Shown here one piece after another: positions 1-8,848 of a stretch of DNA of 64,000 nt. Source of the stretch: Longimicrobiales bacterium. Its GTDB lineage: Bacteria; Gemmatimonadota; Gemmatimonadetes; Longimicrobiales; Gaopeijiaceae. The position numbers and the translations under genes were made by a program. How positions within the stretch are numbered: position 1 is the first letter of the stretch; each line of letters begins with the position of its first letter. Below the pieces are notes generated by a model, which was not told the DNA's origin, did no database searches, and was given only the letters and a program-made list of their open reading frames with translations. The stretch is taken from positions 32,001 through 96,000 of the forward strand of contig CBDCNQ010000004.1 in NCBI GenBank assembly GCA_965219445.1. Direction: 5' to 3'.

Positions 1-40
1 CGAACCGAGAGGGCTTGCGTGCTCCATAGCACCTCACAAC

Positions 41-78
41 AAAAAAGGCCGGCATTCCCGTCTCGGGATCTGCCGGCC
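41..78 (-). terminator. Rho-independent terminator
   Basis: Minus strand GGCCGGCA-GATCCCG-AGA-CGGGAA-TGCCGGCC-TTTTTT; just upstream of a GAGGT RBS and ATG at 27. Confidence 0.75.
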
Positions 79-242
79 GCTGGGCCATTTCCATCGATGT
101 CTGTCCTAAAAAGTTACCCAACTCCGTGCAATAGGTTGCTGCAACGATTCCGGGGATCTGCGTCATTTATCCTGGCTCCTGCTCAGTGGCCCAACTGCGC
201 TCCGCTATCTTCTGGCGAGCAATCAGATCACCCAACACGGGA

Positions 243-575
243 TCAATGCCCGCTTTCATCCACGCCAGGTTCGATACCTGGGGGGTGTCTCCGATCGGCA
301 TGGCCACGTCGCTGTCCAGCGCTCGAAAGCGGCTGACACGGAACGGAGCCGGTCCAGACGGGCCGCTCGTCGGGCCATCCGGCGAGCCGGAAGGCGTAGG
401 ACCAACCGCCGATCCCGGCGAAGAAGTGGCACTGCGCGTAGCCTTCGAGCTCATCCGGCGCGACCTCCTCGATGCTCCGCTCGTCCACGTCGCCGGGCGC
501 GATCAGCCCCTCGGCGATCAGGTTCCGCAACCACTCGGCGGCATACGGCTCGATCTCGTTGTAGTAGGCTCTCAC
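243..575 (-). pseudogene. Phage C5-cytosine DNA methyltransferase, N-terminal fragment
   Basis: HFFAGIGG (motif I) and GSVPCQPLS (motif IV); family similarity stops after HADRRH and motifs VI-X are missing. Confidence 0.85.
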
Positions 576-581
576 GCCGCT

Positions 582-674
582 TCATGCCTCATCGCTCGCT
601 CGGGGTGTGGGTGACAGAACATCAGCATTGGCAAGGCCGATGTGTGCCGTCTTCTTCTTGGGTGCCTCGCTCAC
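582..674 (-). CDS. 30-aa phage ORF or gene remnant
   Basis: GTG start overlaps the upstream stop (GTGA). Confidence 0.3.
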   Translation of the reverse strand: MSEAPKKKTAHIGLANADVLSPTPRASDEA

Positions 675-889
675 GTCCCCCACGGGCCCTCCGTGTAGAA
701 ATGCTTGATCAACCACAGGAGCAGGATCATCAGCGGGATGCCCACGAAATAGGGCTGCGCCTTGATCAGGTACCAGATGTGCGAGGACAGGGTGTCGTTC
801 GCGCGTTCGTTGAACACGGCAACACCCTCGACGACGAGGAAGAAGGCGATCCACAGCGCCCAGAGCCAGGTGAAGGCGTTAACTGGCAT
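671..889 (-). CDS. Small phage membrane protein (2 TM)
   Basis: Trp-rich hydrophobic helices; EGxA...DTLS..IW...WLxxHF pattern shared with 4313-4699. Confidence 0.75.
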   Translation of the reverse strand: MPVNAFTWLWALWIAFFLVVEGVAVFNERANDTLSSHIWYLIKAQPYFVGIPLMILLLWLIKHFYTEGPWGT

Positions 890-1349
890 TAGAGGTCTCC
901 CAGCTCGGGCTACTGATTTCTTCTGGCTCACCGTGCCGCTCGACCAAGAAGCTTAGGTGATCGACGATCATCGAGTGGAACGGGTACTCCCGGCCTTGGT
1001 CGGTGTGCTCGTGGAAGCGCATCGAGTATCTCAAGAGCAGTCCGAGGCGCATCATTGTCTTGGCCGCGATAACCTGGTGGGCGAGCAGCCGGGTCCGGGT
1101 GATCAGGTCGTCTCCAGTCGGGGCGGGTGCCGTCTGCAGGTCCCGGATCACCGGATGATCTTTGAGATTTGCAGAGTACAGTCGTCCGGTGGTCGCACGC
1201 TCGCGCACGGCCTGGTATTGCCATCCGATGGCCGGCCACTCGAAGTCTTCGATGAACGCGAACGCCTCCTTGGCGAGCTTCCGATCGAAAAGCGCGAACC
1301 TCACGAGTTCGGTCGCGGCCTCTTCTGCGCTCTCCATCAGGTGGGCCAT
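879..1349 (-). CDS. Phage protein, possibly a stand-alone DnaB N-terminal-like domain
   Basis: GAGGAG RBS before ATG 1349; overlaps the helicase 3' end; helical, weakly DnaB_N-like. Confidence 0.7.
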   Translation of the reverse strand: MAHLMESAEEAATELVRFALFDRKLAKEAFAFIEDFEWPAIGWQYQAVRERATTGRLYSANLKDHPVIRDLQTAPAPTGDDLITRTRLLAHQVIAAKTMMRLGLLLRYSMRFHEHTDQGREYPFHSMIVDHLSFLVERHGEPEEISSPSWETSNAS

Positions 1350-2257
1350 CGTGACTCCTCGTCGGGCGCTGCCTGGCGGACGCCATGGTGGCGATAGTTG
1401 AATTCGAGAGGCACGTCGATTCCCTGACGGCCGTGGCGGTTCTTTGCGATCATGAGCCATGTGCGCCGCACGTGATCTTCATCCTCTTCCCGAGTGTGAT
1501 CGAGCAGCCATACGAAGTGTGCGGCCCGCTCCAGCGCGGGACAGGAGTCGAGTCCCTCAGCACGGGGCCGAACCTTAGGGAGAGCATTTCCGCGGTTCAG
1601 CTGGCTCGCCACGATGAGCAGCGACTTCGTGGCCTTGACGAACAGTTGCAGTTCTTTGACCGCATCTTGGAGCTCGGCGAACTTCCGGGCGTCGCTACTC
1701 GCTGAGAGGATTTGGAAGTAATCGAGGCAAAACACTCGTACGTCGTGAGTGGCATGGAGCTCGTACATCCATGCGAGAGCCGCCGCCGCATCTGGGATGT
1801 CGTCCGTGTGCTCGTTCGAGAAGAAGCGCCCGAGTGTGCCCGACTCTCGGCCAGAGCGGATGGCCTCGGCTGTGGCTGCCGCTTTGCTGGCGTCGTAGTG
1901 TCGGCCGGCCGTGATGAACCTCTGAGGGACCTGCGTGATGATCGAGTCGATTGAAGGCGACGCTTCTTCGGCGTCGATTTCGAGTGTGAGGAAGCCGACT
2001 GCGACGCCCTGCATCACGATGTCCGCAGCCAGGTTCCAGAGCACTCGCGTCTTGTTGGAGCCGGTCCTGCCACCGACCACCGCCAGGCGTCCCAGCGGGA
2101 TGTTGCCGGGCGTGATCGACGTCACGCTGTCGCCGAGGTCCGGGATGAAAGAGGCGCAGACATAATCACGGCCGTGGTGCCTGCCCTCGCCGGCGGCAAT
2201 CTTTCGCTTCTCCTGCCAAAATGGGGAGAGCAGGTCCAAGAATCCGAGTTCAGTCAT
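1337..2257 (-). CDS. DnaB-like (SF4) helicase, C-terminal ATPase domain only
   Basis: GGRTGSNKT (Walker A variant), LDYFQIL, ASQLNR, IAKNRHG; ATG 2257 overlaps the upstream stop. Confidence 0.85.
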   Translation of the reverse strand: MTELGFLDLLSPFWQEKRKIAAGEGRHHGRDYVCASFIPDLGDSVTSITPGNIPLGRLAVVGGRTGSNKTRVLWNLAADIVMQGVAVGFLTLEIDAEEASPSIDSIITQVPQRFITAGRHYDASKAAATAEAIRSGRESGTLGRFFSNEHTDDIPDAAAALAWMYELHATHDVRVFCLDYFQILSASSDARKFAELQDAVKELQLFVKATKSLLIVASQLNRGNALPKVRPRAEGLDSCPALERAAHFVWLLDHTREEDEDHVRRTWLMIAKNRHGRQGIDVPLEFNYRHHGVRQAAPDEESRWPT

Positions 2258-3033
2258 CGGCGGGCGTTCGCTCGCATCGCTTCCAGATGGGCGGTTTGGG
2301 ATGGGCTGTGAGGGAGCGTGTTGTTGGGGTTGGGTTGAGATGCTCTTGCACTGGCGGACCCACCGAACTCGGACGCCTTGCTCAGCCACAAGCGGAACGA
2401 CGCGTCCCAGTCGAGTTGAGTCCGGCCGTTCGCCTGGGCGTGCAATCGGAATCGTTCGGCCTCGCTCTCCACGTCGACTCCGAGCTCCGACGCCTTCGTG
2501 GCGTGCGTCTCAGACGGCCCCCAATCGTCTGGCAATCGCCTTTTTCTTTTGGCCCCCCGATAGGGGGGGTTTTCTTTAGCAGTAACAGCAGAAGCAGAAG
2601 CAGAAGAAGAAAGCGCGCGCGAGCTAGATTCTGCCACTGGCAAAACTGTGGCTGTGCCAGCTTTCTCTTTTGTTTTCGCGGATTCTGACGTGTCTCCATG
2701 TCGTGCCGCTGCGCCCTTTTTTCCGGCGTTTGACTTCTGTTTGTGATGTAAGTCTTGTTTCCGACGTTCCGCAGCAAGCCTCGGATGGATGAGCCGGGTA
2801 CCCTTTCGGTTCGGTTTGAAGCACGGTTTGATGGCCGGCCAGAGCTTCGCGAACCGTGCCTTGGAGATGCGGCACAGCTTCGCCAATTGCGCCATGTCAT
2901 TCGGAAGACCTGTGTGCAGCCACTCGTAGTCCATCAGTCTCCGGTATGCGCCTTGTGTTTCGAGTGACATCAGCTCGACGTTTTCGTCCGTCAGGAAGTC
3001 CTTCGGGTACCACTGGAACGAGGGTCGCTTCAT
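2254..3033 (-). CDS. Phage replication initiator, DUF1376/YdaU N-domain with DnaT-like C-domain
   Basis: PSFQWYPKDFLTD..MSLETQGAYRRLM; C-terminal LPDDW..FRLH..DWDASFRLWL. Confidence 0.85.
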   Translation of the reverse strand: MKRPSFQWYPKDFLTDENVELMSLETQGAYRRLMDYEWLHTGLPNDMAQLAKLCRISKARFAKLWPAIKPCFKPNRKGTRLIHPRLAAERRKQDLHHKQKSNAGKKGAAARHGDTSESAKTKEKAGTATVLPVAESSSRALSSSASASAVTAKENPPYRGAKRKRRLPDDWGPSETHATKASELGVDVESEAERFRLHAQANGRTQLDWDASFRLWLSKASEFGGSASARASQPNPNNTLPHSPSQTAHLEAMRANARR

Positions 3034-3110
3034 GGCCTCCCCCTCAGCGGCCCGTGGGATTGAAGGGTGTTTCGCTCGCCTTCGAGCCTGGCGTCTCGGT
3101 AGGTCTGCAT
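3030..3110 (-). CDS. 26-aa ORF coupled at both ends
   Basis: TGATG overlap upstream and ATGA overlap downstream. Confidence 0.35.
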   Translation of the reverse strand: MQTYRDARLEGERNTLQSHGPLRGRP

Positions 3111-3370
3111 CAGCCCCGGACTCCGCGGATCTTTACCATCCGGCTTGCTTTGCGCCGCCGCAGGGGCCCCTCCGGCTCCTGCCACTCGCCACTTTCCAGA
3201 AGATCCAGCGCCCGCCTGGCGATCGCCTCGAAATGCCTGGTACGGTGTCCGAGATCCCGCATCGCTTCTAGCCGCTCCATCAGCTCGCCATACGTCCCAT
3301 GCGGACAGCCCGTCAGGAGCCGCCGCGCTATACGCTCTAGCTCGCGTGGCACCAGAGGCTGATGGCTCAT
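3110..3370 (-). CDS. Hypothetical phage protein
   Basis: Abuts both neighbours in the operon. Confidence 0.6.
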   Translation of the reverse strand: MSHQPLVPRELERIARRLLTGCPHGTYGELMERLEAMRDLGHRTRHFEAIARRALDLLESGEWQEPEGPLRRRKASRMVKIRGVRG

Positions 3371-3880
3371 TCACTCGCTCCCCTTCGGCAGCAACCGTAG
3401 CGCACCGCTTCCGGGTTGCAGCGACATCCGACGTGCCACCAGCTCGGCCATCGTGACCACCTCGTCGGATTCATCGTCCCACACTTCCACGTTCGCCATG
3501 AACGCGCCCGCGATGTCGAACAGGCCCGTCTCCACGGCGAGCAGCGACTGCTCTACGAAGTCCCGCAGCTGACGCCACGCGATCCGGTAGGCCAGTTTCT
3601 GCTCGACCCAGGCCCGGTATTGCTCCTCGGTTCTTCTCATCTGGGGGGAGTAGGGCTTCTTCTCCCGGATGATCTCGGCCACTCTCTCCACTCGCGCCTC
3701 CAGGCGAACCGGCACCTCCCCGTGTTCGGTCTGGATCGCGAAGCGGACACCCCGCAGGCCGTGATTTCCCCACATCATCTCGAAGCGAGTTCCCCCATAC
3801 GCTCTGACGAGCTGCATGATCTCCGCCGCGCTCTGCTCGGGCTCGACCGTCGTGGACTCGTACTTGATCGCCTGGCTCAT
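3371..3880 (-). CDS. Conserved-looking phage hypothetical protein
   Basis: YESTTV..EI..L...AWRQLRDFV..L.AVETG pattern; operon position. Confidence 0.75.
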   Translation of the reverse strand: MSQAIKYESTTVEPEQSAAEIMQLVRAYGGTRFEMMWGNHGLRGVRFAIQTEHGEVPVRLEARVERVAEIIREKKPYSPQMRRTEEQYRAWVEQKLAYRIAWRQLRDFVEQSLLAVETGLFDIAGAFMANVEVWDDESDEVVTMAELVARRMSLQPGSGALRLLPKGSE

Positions 3881-3884
3881 GCGC

Positions 3885-4316
3885 TCACCCCACGAAGTAC
3901 CGGGCGCTCTTCGTGAGCAGGAACAGCTTCTCGTGCGCCGATGTTGGCCGGTCCCGCACGCTCTCCGGCATCGGGTTCGACTTGTGCCACACGATCTCGC
4001 TGCGCAGCCACCAGCCGTCCGCCTGGAGCGCCAAGGCGACGCGGGCGGGCATCATGAGGAGTTGCTTGGCCCGATAGGCATCCCCGTAGTTCAGCCACAG
4101 CATGCCGTCAGATCGCAGCACCCGGCGTACTTCGCGGAACACGCGCACCAGAGCATCGATGTGTTCCTGCAACGTCCGCTCCAGCCCGATAGCGCCCGCG
4201 ACCCCGTAGTCACGGAGGCCCCAGTACGGCGGGCTTGTCACGACGCAGTGGACGGACTCTTCCGGGAGGGTTCGCAGCCGCTCTAGGCAGTCGCCCACGA
4301 GGATCTGGACGCTCAC
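3885..4316 (-). pseudogene. N4/N6 DNA methyltransferase (beta class), N-terminal half
   Basis: GDCLERL, VVTSPPYWGLRDY, WHKSNPMPES..HE; the SAM-binding DPFxGxG half is absent. Confidence 0.85.
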
Positions 4317-4699
4317 CCGAACCTCCCCCGCGCCAGGAAGTGAGTGAGCAGCCACACGCACAGCCCGCCCACGAGGCACAACCGGGCCGCGTCGTGCCCC
4401 CACACGGTGACGGGGACGCCCCCGAAGCCGAGCAGACGGAACCCGATCCAGCCGACCCATCCGAGGATGAGCGTGACCCGTGCAGGCTGCCCGGAGAAAA
4501 ACACCCAAACCAGTTCGGACCAGGTGTCGCCCTTGGCCCCGCGCTTGATGGCCAGCCCTTCGCCGAGGGCGAACCATGCCAGCGCGACCGCCCAGAGCCA
4601 CCCGATGCCGAGCAGTTCAGCCGCCAGCGTTACGCCGATCCAGCCCGCCCATGCTGCCGCGTAGCGCACGCTGTATCCGGTCGTGGGCTTCTCGGTCAT
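4313..4699 (-). CDS. Phage multi-TM membrane protein
   Basis: About 4 hydrophobic segments; EGLA..DTWSELVW..WLLTHF. Confidence 0.75.
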   Translation of the reverse strand: MTEKPTTGYSVRYAAAWAGWIGVTLAAELLGIGWLWAVALAWFALGEGLAIKRGAKGDTWSELVWVFFSGQPARVTLILGWVGWIGFRLLGFGGVPVTVWGHDAARLCLVGGLCVWLLTHFLARGRFG

Positions 4700-4905
4700 G
4701 GCGCTTCTCCGACGTTTTCCGCCTTGGCGATGGCGGCACAGAGGTTGTCACGCACCCTCTGGGTTTCGTACAGGTGCCGCCGTTTGTACTCGGGATGGCC
4801 TTCGAGCTGCGCTCGGATCGACACGTCGACCTTAGCACGCCCAATCAGCGGAGGCTCGCCCGTTCTCATAGGCGGTACCATCCGATACTTCGGCGACTTG
4901 CTCAT
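4696..4905 (-). CDS. Hypothetical phage protein
   Basis: ATGA overlaps with neighbours. Confidence 0.55.
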   Translation of the reverse strand: MSKSPKYRMVPPMRTGEPPLIGRAKVDVSIRAQLEGHPEYKRRHLYETQRVRDNLCAAIAKAENVGEAP

Positions 4906-5051
4906 GCCGAACCTTGCGCCGAGGTGCGCTCGCCTGTGGGCTGCCTCATGCGCCCACCCCCCGCTGGCTCCTTAGCCACCAGGCGCCCGCGTCGTCGAAG
5001 ATCCGGTCTATGAGCTCGCGGAAGAGGTCCGGGGCGGACCTACGCCAATGT

Positions 5052-5196
5052 GGGGCGTTGTGAAAACCGTTGACAAAGGTACCTACTTTCGGGCGCGCTT
5101 CGGGCCTGGAACGACGGGGGTCGGGGGGTTCGGGCTCGCTGTGTTCGCCCGCCGTTATTGGCTTTTTCGGTCGTTTTGGGCTTTTCGGCTCGTAAC
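5052..5196. mobile_element. Possible IS terminal fragment at a junction
   Basis: Begins GGGGCGTTGTGAAAA, resembling IS1182/IS5-type ends; non-coding character; truncated genes on both sides. Confidence 0.35.
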
Positions 5197-6792
5197 TTCC
5201 AGTTCGGGGTCTTCTTCGAGAAGGATCTGGAGATCACCAACGGACCGCGTATGGACTTCGACGGTTGGGTACACTCGAACGGCAATATCTACCTGAACTC
5301 GGCGAACCAGTATTTCGGGGACTTGATCACCACGCCGAACGACGTGTATAAGGACCGTAAGGACGAGCATGACATCGACACCGGCATGTATATCGCCGAC
5401 GCGTCGGCCAACTACGTCCAGCTCGACTTCGACAGCCGTGACACCCCGGATCCCAACGCGTTCCGCACGAAGAGCGACGCCAGCTTCGACAACCGGCTCA
5501 AGACGAACGCCTATGGCGTCGATTCGCTGAGGGTGCCGCTGCCCGATGGCATGGACGCGATCGCGGTCATGCAGCCGCGACTCGGCGCTGATGGCGCGCT
5601 CGAGAAGCAAGCGAAGTTCTCCTGGAAGGCGGACTGGTACATCGAGGTGGACATGGGCGTCGTCAGCGAGAACAGCGTGATGACGTTCGGCCGGCTTCTC
5701 GCGTCTCTTCAGAGCTACATCGACGCCTATGAGCAGCAAGATGAGGAGGAGATCGCCGAAAAGTTAGGACAAGCCCTCTTGAAGGCCACCGACGCCTTCA
5801 ACAAGTACTTGATTCCGGACGCATCCGCTGCCGTCTCCGACCTGGACGGAGCCAAAGGCGAGGTCGACGCTGCTCAAGCTGAGGGACTGCCAGGACCGGA
5901 AGCGGCAGACCTGCGCTCCCAGATCAACCAGCTTAGAGCGGTAATCCTGTCGGGAGGCAACGCCAACGCCGGCGGCAACGGCAACGGCACCCTGTGCAGC
6001 GTCGGTATGACGCACACACGGTCCGCCGGATTGAATAGTCCGAGCACCGCCCAGTGTGGCGACATCTTCTCCTTCACCGCCGACAAGTGGTACGAAGGTC
6101 GCGAGCAGCGCTATGTCGACATCATCGACATCGACGTGGCCAGCCTGCACAACTGGACGGGGGGCAACGCCAACCGGGCGACATCGCTCATGTACGTCAC
6201 GATAACAAACACGAACGGTGCCATGGATCCGGCCGGTGATGGCATCTATCCCGTAGTCCGCCTCATCAACGCGAACAAGCTCCTCGGCCCCATGAGCTTC
6301 TCCACGAATCACCCGCTGTACACCCAGGGCAACTACAACACGGACCCCCTTTGGTATCCTTCGGCGCTCGTCGCGGACGCGATCACGTTTCTCTCGACGG
6401 TCTGGGACGACGCACAGCACCTCGACCCGGTGCAGATCCGGCCGGTAGCGGCGGACACGGACATATACGCGGCCATCATGGCCGGCCACTCCGAAACGCC
6501 GTGTGACCACGAGGTTGCTGGATGCGGCATCACGAGCCCGTACGGCGGCGGACTGGAGAACTTTCCCCGCTTCCTCGAGGATTGGAACCCGGAGATTCTA
6601 TTGTTCCGGGGCTCGCTCGTGTCGCTGTCCTTCGCGCAACAGGCGACCGGCCTATGGGGGAATGGTCCCTACTACAGGCCACCGGTCCGTGACTGGGAGT
6701 TCGACACGCGCTTCGACCAGCCCGAGAACATGCCGCCCGGAACGCCCGTGGTGGGTAATGTGATCCACACGGCCTTCCGGCCCGTCTTCTAG
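5197..6792 (+). CDS. PilX-like minor pilin, 5'-truncated
   Basis: FQFGVFFEKDLEI..GWVHSNGNIYL, YGGGLENFPRFLEDW, YYRPPVRDWEFD; no prepilin N-terminus; directly upstream of pilins. Confidence 0.75.
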   Translation, partial: FQFGVFFEKDLEITNGPRMDFDGWVHSNGNIYLNSANQYFGDLITTPNDVYKDRKDEHDIDTGMYIADASANYVQLDFDSRDTPDPNAFRTKSDASFDNRLKTNAYGVDSLRVPLPDGMDAIAVMQPRLGADGALEKQAKFSWKADWYIEVDMGVVSENSVMTFGRLLASLQSYIDAYEQQDEEEIAEKLGQALLKATDAFNKYLIPDASAAVSDLDGAKGEVDAAQAEGLPGPEAADLRSQINQLRAVILSGGNANAGGNGNGTLCSVGMTHTRSAGLNSPSTAQCGDIFSFTADKWYEGREQRYVDIIDIDVASLHNWTGGNANRATSLMYVTITNTNGAMDPAGDGIYPVVRLINANKLLGPMSFSTNHPLYTQGNYNTDPLWYPSALVADAITFLSTVWDDAQHLDPVQIRPVAADTDIYAAIMAGHSETPCDHEVAGCGITSPYGGGLENFPRFLEDWNPEILLFRGSLVSLSFAQQATGLWGNGPYYRPPVRDWEFDTRFDQPENMPPGTPVVGNVIHTAFRPVF

Positions 6793-6803
6793 AGGACCAC
6801 GGA

Positions 6804-7406
6804 ATGCTCCCGATAATGCACGGCAACGGCGTGCGGCCGCTCCGAGGCAAGGACGGCTTCACGGTCGTCGAGCTGGTCATCGTGATGTCCATACTGGTGA
6901 TCATGGTCGGAATCGTGGCACCGCGCCTGCAGGTAAGCGCTTCGCGCAGGGTCGAGGGCATGGCCCACCAAATGGCGGCCCACCTAGAGATGGCTCGGAG
7001 CAACGCTCTGGGTAAGCGCTTCATTACACAGATCGTCTTCGACGAGGGTGCCCGCACCTACACGGCATATGTGGACCACGACCGGGACGGCAACATCACG
7101 CAGCACGTCAGCAACGTGGAGGTGATTGCATTCCCGGAGTTCGGGGAGCGCGAGCTCGAGATGTTCGTCAATTTCGGTCAGGGAAACGCCTCGCCCGTTC
7201 CAGGCGACCCGTCGCTGGACGCAGTAACGCTCACGGACGCCACGCTCGACCTGAGCATTCAGGGTGTGCCCGAACCGTGGGGGACCATGGGAACCGTGTA
7301 TCTCGTCCACCGCGAAGACAAAGATGCGGTCATGGCGATCTCCATCGCGTCCTCGGGCTCCTTCAAGGTCTGGCGCTGGTCGCCGGGCGGAAATGAATGG
7401 CGATGA
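6804..7406 (+). CDS. FimT/GspH-like minor pilin
   Basis: G|FTVVELVIV; ARSNA motif. Confidence 0.85.
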   Translation: MLPIMHGNGVRPLRGKDGFTVVELVIVMSILVIMVGIVAPRLQVSASRRVEGMAHQMAAHLEMARSNALGKRFITQIVFDEGARTYTAYVDHDRDGNITQHVSNVEVIAFPEFGERELEMFVNFGQGNASPVPGDPSLDAVTLTDATLDLSIQGVPEPWGTMGTVYLVHREDKDAVMAISIASSGSFKVWRWSPGGNEWR

Positions 7407-7810
7407 GAAAGCAACAGAAACACGAGCTATCCGTCCAGCGGCATGACGCCGGCTACAGCCTGATATCGGTGATCGTGGCGATCGTCCTGCTCTCGGTCGG
7501 CATCCTGAGCCTCTCGCAGTTGCTCACGCAATCGGTGTCGATGCAAACGATCATCGGCAGCCGGACCACTGCGCTTGACGTAGCCCGCTCGTACATGGAG
7601 GAGGTGAGGGGCCTCGATCCTCTTCTGGTTGAAGCAGTGCCGGCGGTCAGGGTGAATGAAAGAGGGGAGGTGGACTCGAACGGGCTCTTCACACGCGAGC
7701 TCACCGTGTCAACGGTGACTCTTCACCTCATGGAGGCCACCGTGATCGTCACGGTGCCCCAATCCAACCCCATCAGGCTCGTGACCTGGATTTACGATGG
7801 AGTATACTAA
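7403..7810 (+). CDS. PilV-like minor pilin (no Glu5)
   Basis: G|YSLISVIVAIVLLSVGILSL. Confidence 0.8.
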   Translation: MRKQQKHELSVQRHDAGYSLISVIVAIVLLSVGILSLSQLLTQSVSMQTIIGSRTTALDVARSYMEEVRGLDPLLVEAVPAVRVNERGEVDSNGLFTRELTVSTVTLHLMEATVIVTVPQSNPIRLVTWIYDGVY

Positions 7811-7811
7811 G

Positions 7812-8741
7812 ATGGTGGCACGTGTCTCGACGAGGAGCGAGGGCTTCACGCTGATCGAATTGTTGATCTCGGTCGTACTTTCGGTCGTGGTCATGAGCGC
7901 CTCCCTCAGCTTCGCGCTCGCCGCATTCCGCGGCACGGAGGGGAACAAGCTCCGTGAGGAGGTCTACCGGAGCTCCCGATTCATCGGCATGAGCCTGGAG
8001 CGGGACTTCCAGACCACTGGCGTCGGTATCGCCAGCGAGATCCGATTCGGTAGTTTGAACGTGTACGGCGACACGGTCGTCATATTCCACGTACCGTGGA
8101 AGCCCACGAACGCGTACCCGTATGAGATCGACCCCCCGGGCGGCACAAACAATCCGCTCGATCCAGGGGGGACGTGTGGGTCTACGTGCATCGACCTGAA
8201 CAAGGGCCCCGGCAACACATTCGACCTGGTGCCCGGCGATATCGCCCGCCTGCAGATCAACGCCGAGCGGCGGCTGATCCTGGTCACCGATGTCCGGGAG
8301 ATGGGTAATAAGGTGCAGCTGACTTTCGCATCCGGCGCCACATTGCTCAATTCCCAAGCCGCGCTCTCGGGCGGGGTGCAGCTGGACCGCTTCAGCACCA
8401 TCGTGCAGAAGCTCCAGCCGATCATCTATTACGTCGAGAATGAGATCCTCTACCGCTCCGACCAGCTAGACCCGACCGGGGGCCTGATCGCATCACCCAT
8501 CGCGTACGGCGTGAAATCCTGGGAGGCGAAGATGATCTTCCTCGACTTGGACGAGGCGGACCAGGGCAACCCGTACGACGCCGACGCCACGAACGATTTC
8601 GACGACATCCTCGGCACGCGGATCACCGCGACATTAGGGACGAACCGTCCCGACATCCGCGTGGCCGGTGGTGAGATCTTCACGCGGACGTACGTGTGGA
8701 CGCTGTATCCGCGGAACCTCATGTATGAGAGGAACCGTTAG
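7812..8741 (+). CDS. PilW-like minor pilin
   Basis: G|FTLIELLIS; LERDFQTTG; C-terminal PRN. Confidence 0.85.
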   Translation: MVARVSTRSEGFTLIELLISVVLSVVVMSASLSFALAAFRGTEGNKLREEVYRSSRFIGMSLERDFQTTGVGIASEIRFGSLNVYGDTVVIFHVPWKPTNAYPYEIDPPGGTNNPLDPGGTCGSTCIDLNKGPGNTFDLVPGDIARLQINAERRLILVTDVREMGNKVQLTFASGATLLNSQAALSGGVQLDRFSTIVQKLQPIIYYVENEILYRSDQLDPTGGLIASPIAYGVKSWEAKMIFLDLDEADQGNPYDADATNDFDDILGTRITATLGTNRPDIRVAGGEIFTRTYVWTLYPRNLMYERNR

Positions 8742-8848
8742 CCCGGGCCACCTTGTCGGGAGCCCTGGGGAGGTCTATCGTCCGGCCACGTGATGACGAC
8801 GCGATCGGCGTCAACGGGGATCGCACGAGACCGCGGCAGGAAGTTGCA

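Larger units (their letters stand above)
1..5051 (-). mobile_element. Prophage remnant (early/replication module), extends beyond left edge
   Basis: Co-oriented, mostly overlapping (ATGA/GTGA/TGATG) small ORFs including a phage initiator, a DnaB-like helicase and MTase fragments; no structural genes or integrase in window. Confidence 0.85.

Noticed and set aside
2572..2660. GCAGAA repeats as phage origin iterons
   Set aside because: Explained by an SSSASASA linker; too short to call an origin
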